Shown here piece after piece: positions 60,097 to 64,000 of a DNA stretch of 64,000 nucleotides (its first letter is position 1; the number at the start of each line of letters is the position of its first letter). Origin of the DNA: Pelomyxa schiedti (taxonomy: Eukaryota; Protista; Evosea); NCBI GenBank assembly GCA_020536535.1, contig JAHLWZ010000825.1:1-64000 (forward strand), given 5' to 3'. Below the pieces are notes generated by a model. The model searched no databases, was not told where the DNA came from, and saw only the letters and a list, made by a program, of their open reading frames with translations. Position numbers and translations under genes: made by a program.

Positions 60097-61791
60097 ATGC
60101 ACCGCGGCACCGTGGAGCGCCACCGCGTGGTTGTTATTGTGGGAGCGACTGGCACAGGCAAGTCCAAGCTCGCTGTGCATATCGCACGGCGTGTGGGTGG
60201 CGAAATTATCAACGCCGACGCCATGCAGACCCACCGCGGCCTCGATGTGATCACCAACAAGCCCCTATCCTCCGAGATGCACGGAGTTCCCCACCACTTG
60301 TTCTCGGTCGTCGACGACTTTGCCGAGCCCCCCCCTGGTGACACCTCGACGAAGCCTCCCAGTGCGGCGACGACTGGCCCAGCAAAGACCGACATTATGG
60401 GAGGAGGTAGCCACGCCGACGTCCGGTGGTGGGTTGGGGAGGCACGACGGCTCGTGGCCGAGATCGAAGGAAGGGGACACGTTCCCATAATTGTTGGCGG
60501 ATCGCACTACTACGTGTACTCTCTGTTGTGGGGTGAACTCATCGCCGACCCGGACGGAAACGGCAATCCTGAGACTGGAACTGCAACCCCAAACAGGATC
60601 GAGAGCGAGATATCGACAGAGAGCGAGGCTGAACGCCGGTTGAAAATCGAGAACGCGGAAATGATACGCGCGGCGCTGCAGAATTTGGAAGCGGAAAAGA
60701 ATTCCGCGAAGGACGGTGCAGGCGGAGCGTCACCGTTGGTAAAGCAGCAGTTGTTCGATGTGCTGTCGCGTGTGGATCCAGCAATGGCGCAGAAGTGGCA
60801 CATAAACGAGACGAGGAAGATTGTGCGGTGCTTGAACTTTTATCTTCAGAACGGGAGGCCGTACAGCCAGGCGGCTGCAGAGAAGAGAGTCTGTGAAAGT
60901 AAACCTGAGTATGAACCGTGTTTACTGTGGGTCGACTGCGACCTGAAGGAGCTAAGCGCTAAGCTCTACCAGCGCGTCGATGAAATGATTGGAATGGGGG
61001 CCGTAGAGGAAGTCGCCGAGCTGCGGAAAAAAGTGATGAGTATATTTCCCGAGAGTGATGTGGTCAAAGGCCCGGAAGGACAACTACCACCAAGACTCTT
61101 TGAATTAGGGTTAATGCAATCTATAGGCGCTCAAGAACTCTGGGAAAGCTGCCTCAACCCTAGGCTCCCAAGTGGTGACTACTCACCGCTCCTGGAGCAA
61201 GGAATTTCCGAAATGAAAAAAAATACTGTAAGATATGTACACACGCAATTGCGATGGATTCGTAACAGGTTGATGCACAAGTCTGTTCTCTACCGGATTG
61301 ATGCAACTTGTTGTCTTCCAAGTGAAACACCCAAGCAACTTCATGCTTGGGAAGACTGCGTTGGAAACCCCGCCGTCGAAATAGTGGAAGAGTTTCTCAG
61401 AAGTGGCCCACATGCTGCGCTCCCGTCCACTCCAAACCCTGAAGAATCACTCACGACCACACCAACATCAACACTACAAACCCTCACTTCAGAACACTCC
61501 ACCAACAGTTGTTCCTCTTCAAATATCTCAGTCACCACAACTCCAAGCACCACAGAGACTCAGCAACCACAGCTGCGAGAAGGACAACACCCCATTCAAC
61601 ACTCCGTTTCAATCACACAGCTCACAGTTCCCACACAGACTGAGTGGAAAAAACACTTGTGTGAGGTCTGTGGTGTGACAGTCAATGGGCCACACGAATG
61701 GCAAGCACACATAGCGTCCAAGAAGCACAAGGCAACAAAAAGAAGGACTAACAAATTGGCGCTCCAAACCAAAAACAAAACCAAAGACTGA
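60097..61791 (+). CDS. TRIT1: tRNA dimethylallyltransferase (tRNA isopentenyltransferase), eukaryotic type
   Basis: VVVIVGATGTGKSKL, EIINADAMQ..GLDVITNK, VPHHL, PIIVGGSHYY, QSIG, QLRWIRNRL, C-terminal zinc finger CEVC..HIASKKH. Apparently intronless. Confidence 0.95.
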   Translation: MHRGTVERHRVVVIVGATGTGKSKLAVHIARRVGGEIINADAMQTHRGLDVITNKPLSSEMHGVPHHLFSVVDDFAEPPPGDTSTKPPSAATTGPAKTDIMGGGSHADVRWWVGEARRLVAEIEGRGHVPIIVGGSHYYVYSLLWGELIADPDGNGNPETGTATPNRIESEISTESEAERRLKIENAEMIRAALQNLEAEKNSAKDGAGGASPLVKQQLFDVLSRVDPAMAQKWHINETRKIVRCLNFYLQNGRPYSQAAAEKRVCESKPEYEPCLLWVDCDLKELSAKLYQRVDEMIGMGAVEEVAELRKKVMSIFPESDVVKGPEGQLPPRLFELGLMQSIGAQELWESCLNPRLPSGDYSPLLEQGISEMKKNTVRYVHTQLRWIRNRLMHKSVLYRIDATCCLPSETPKQLHAWEDCVGNPAVEIVEEFLRSGPHAALPSTPNPEESLTTTPTSTLQTLTSEHSTNSCSSSNISVTTTPSTTETQQPQLREGQHPIQHSVSITQLTVPTQTEWKKHLCEVCGVTVNGPHEWQAHIASKKHKATKRRTNKLALQTKNKTKD

Positions 61792-61949
61792 CAGGCGATT
61801 GGAAACCTCAACTTTTTTCGTTGTTTGCTTTCCTCTCTGAGAGCCGGAACTCTCAAGTTCAAGTGCGAAAAAATTCCCTTGCCAAGACTGGACACTTCAC
61901 AAAGGAGGAAGGGACAATACACTACACGACGGAAACGACGACAATTGAC

Positions 61950-63457
61950 ATGAAGCCCCAGGAGGCCAAGCCGCTCCCTGTCAGCACCACAACAGCGACT
62001 TCGACGCAGAATCAGAGCACTGGGGTGTGTCTGCCATTTCCTCGATCGGTCAATGTCGGAGCAGTGGAAGGAATTCCTTCCACAGTCTCGTCTCCTGCAT
62101 TGAGCCAGCTCTTCTTGTTCGTGAACTGATTATCTGTTTCTAGGGGGGTAACGACGAGTTAGCGGCACTGCTTCAGGGCGGCGCTTTGGTTGGCGGCGCG
62201 ACCGCTTTTCCTGGGATGAATGGGTTGCTCGGTACTTGCATACATGGCGTACATTACCCGTGGTGCGCGTTTATTGTGGGCGTAAATAAACTCGTGTTCA
62301 GGTGGGTTCCCCAGAGTAAATCCTTTATGTTGTTAGTGTGAGCAACAAGTAAACGTAACCGGCAGAGGGCTCCCTATTACCGTGCAACAGCTGAGAACGA
62401 GGAAACTCTTACCTCTTCACAATACTATGGTGAAACCAAACATGGCCATTATTGGGAACCACGCTTTGGCGAATGTACTTTGCGTTTTGGAGATACACGG
62501 ATTCCTCAAGGGCGTGGATGGAACAAGGTGGACCCCAACAACGGAGTGGAATTCGCTCCAACAAAGAGCCAAATCGGAGTTCGATGAGTGGTCTATTGCC
62601 CAACGCACCAGGCGGAATTCTGGAAATACACCAATATCTCCTACAGAAGAAGGACCTAGCAGTGCACCGGCGTCTTCCACACCAGCCCCAGTAGCACCTA
62701 CAACCCAAGCAAATTCAAGTACTCCAGCTAATCCAACTCCTCCGGTCAATTCCACTCCTCCCACTGGCACGGGTGTTCCTGAAGTTGTTGGAAAGTTTGA
62801 TGATCACGGAGTAACATATGTATCCTTGAAGTACTCATTTCACAGACACTGATCAATTCACAGTGGAGGATCAAATATGAAAATAACGTGCACTCTGTAT
62901 CCCTTCCTATTGCGGCTCGTATTCATCTGCTTGAGGTCATAACAAACTATGAAAGTACTTTAGCGGCAGTAGCAGCAGCCACAGCAACTGTAAGAAGAAA
63001 AGCCTGCAGCAGACGCCCAAGAATAATCCAAACTGAACCTCAGCAAGCAGTCTCTCCGGTAGCACACCGGCACATCAGCCAAAAAGAGCAACAGTTTGAA
63101 TTTGACATCAACTCAGTGAAAGCAGAGAAAGCCGGGTCTCTTGACCCAAATGCTCAATCAAGTGACAATACAGACACTGAAGATGAAGGCACAGTACCGC
63201 TTAATCCAAAATCAGCTTCAGTACCGCCTGCACCCCCAAAATCGCCAGTTCCACAATTACCACGGCCTCTGGTAGCTGACAATGGAGAGCAAGGTTATGA
63301 TGATGGAGATGAGTCAGATCCAGATGACGGAGGCTATGCAGATACATTTGCTAACAGTGAAGACGACTATTGTCCACCCACACCAAAGAAAAGAAGAGGG
63401 AAAGGCACTGGTCTGCCACGTGGTGGATCTCGTGTCGTCCCCAAGGGAGGATTGTAG
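61950..63457 (+). CDS. Multi-exon hypothetical protein with disordered acidic C-terminus and PKKRR NLS-like motif
   Basis: ATG 61950; coding-like ORFs 62382-62852 and 62888-63457. Confidence 0.5.
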
Positions 63458-63624
63458 AAATGTTTATAAAATAAATAAGTAAAGATTTTCAACTTATCGT
63501 GACGTTGGCTCTTTCTTCTTAAGGTGCCGTCCTGAATGGTATGTCAAAGATCTTTTTTCAATTTCCTTTCTTCTCGTTCCCAACTTGTTTCCGTTTACAT
63601 TGCCGATTAAAAAATAAACGGAAG

Positions 63625-64000
63625 ATGTGCGAGAGATTCGCGCAGTCCTCGTCTGTCATTGATGCATTGCGTACAATTGTGAACAACTATAGTGGCGACG
63701 TAAGCATACTGTTGGAACTACTGCAGAATGCTGACGACGCCGGCGCCACTGTCGTTAGGTTAGTGTTGTTTTTTGTTGGTGTGGCCTTTTGAGCACACGA
63801 CACGTTACGATGGCTTTTTCTAGGTTCATGTTGGACCCGCGCACTTACGAGTGCAATTTACCGGAGCCACGCCCTGACGAATTTTTTCCTTGTGTGGGTC
63901 GAATGCGGCCGTGGTGTGGGCCTGCTCTGTATGCTTACAACAATGCCCTCTTCACTGCGCAGGATTATGCCAACATATCTAGTTATCTCTGCCCCCCCCA
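63625..64000 (+). CDS. Sacsin-like protein (HATPase/Hsp90-like SRR domain), 5' part only, truncated by the window end
   Basis: RFAQ..NNYSGDVSILLELLQNADDAGATVVR|FMLDPR..GPALYAYNNALFT..D. Confidence 0.88.

Overview
Eukaryotic, very gene-dense genomic DNA. I read about 33 protein-coding loci, mostly split by short (about 40-100 nt) GT-AG introns, often with CTAAC-like branch points and poly-T tracts. Intergenic gaps are often under 300 bp and several gene pairs are head-to-head. Gene content (TRAF, CH-DH-PH RhoGEF, Rap-like GTPase, RasGAP, AP-5 beta, TMC, Nup98, eIF1, sacsin-like, and an anaerobe-type flavodoxin/4Fe-4S protein) suggests an anaerobic amoebozoan such as an archamoeba; the taxon is inference only. 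I found no rRNA, tRNA, CRISPR array or transposase. Main observations: (1) manual splicing joins several separate ORFs into one ~8 kb gene for a single-pass receptor (signal peptide, C-type lectin, FN3-like repeats, N-glycan-dense stalk, EGF, TM) with a cytoplasmic RasGAP domain; (2) a nearby Rap-like GTPase naturally carries Cys at the G12-equivalent position; (3) the eIF1 gene has no in-frame AUG, only an in-frame CUG followed by an out-of-frame optimal-context AUG-Ala-Gln-stop; (4) a ~100 bp signal-anchor first exon is duplicated 46 kb away; (5) several intron-containing genes resemble bacterial families; (6) 5' exons are CpG-rich while gene bodies are CpG-poor. All exon boundaries and family calls are by eye and from memory of motifs, with no database searches.
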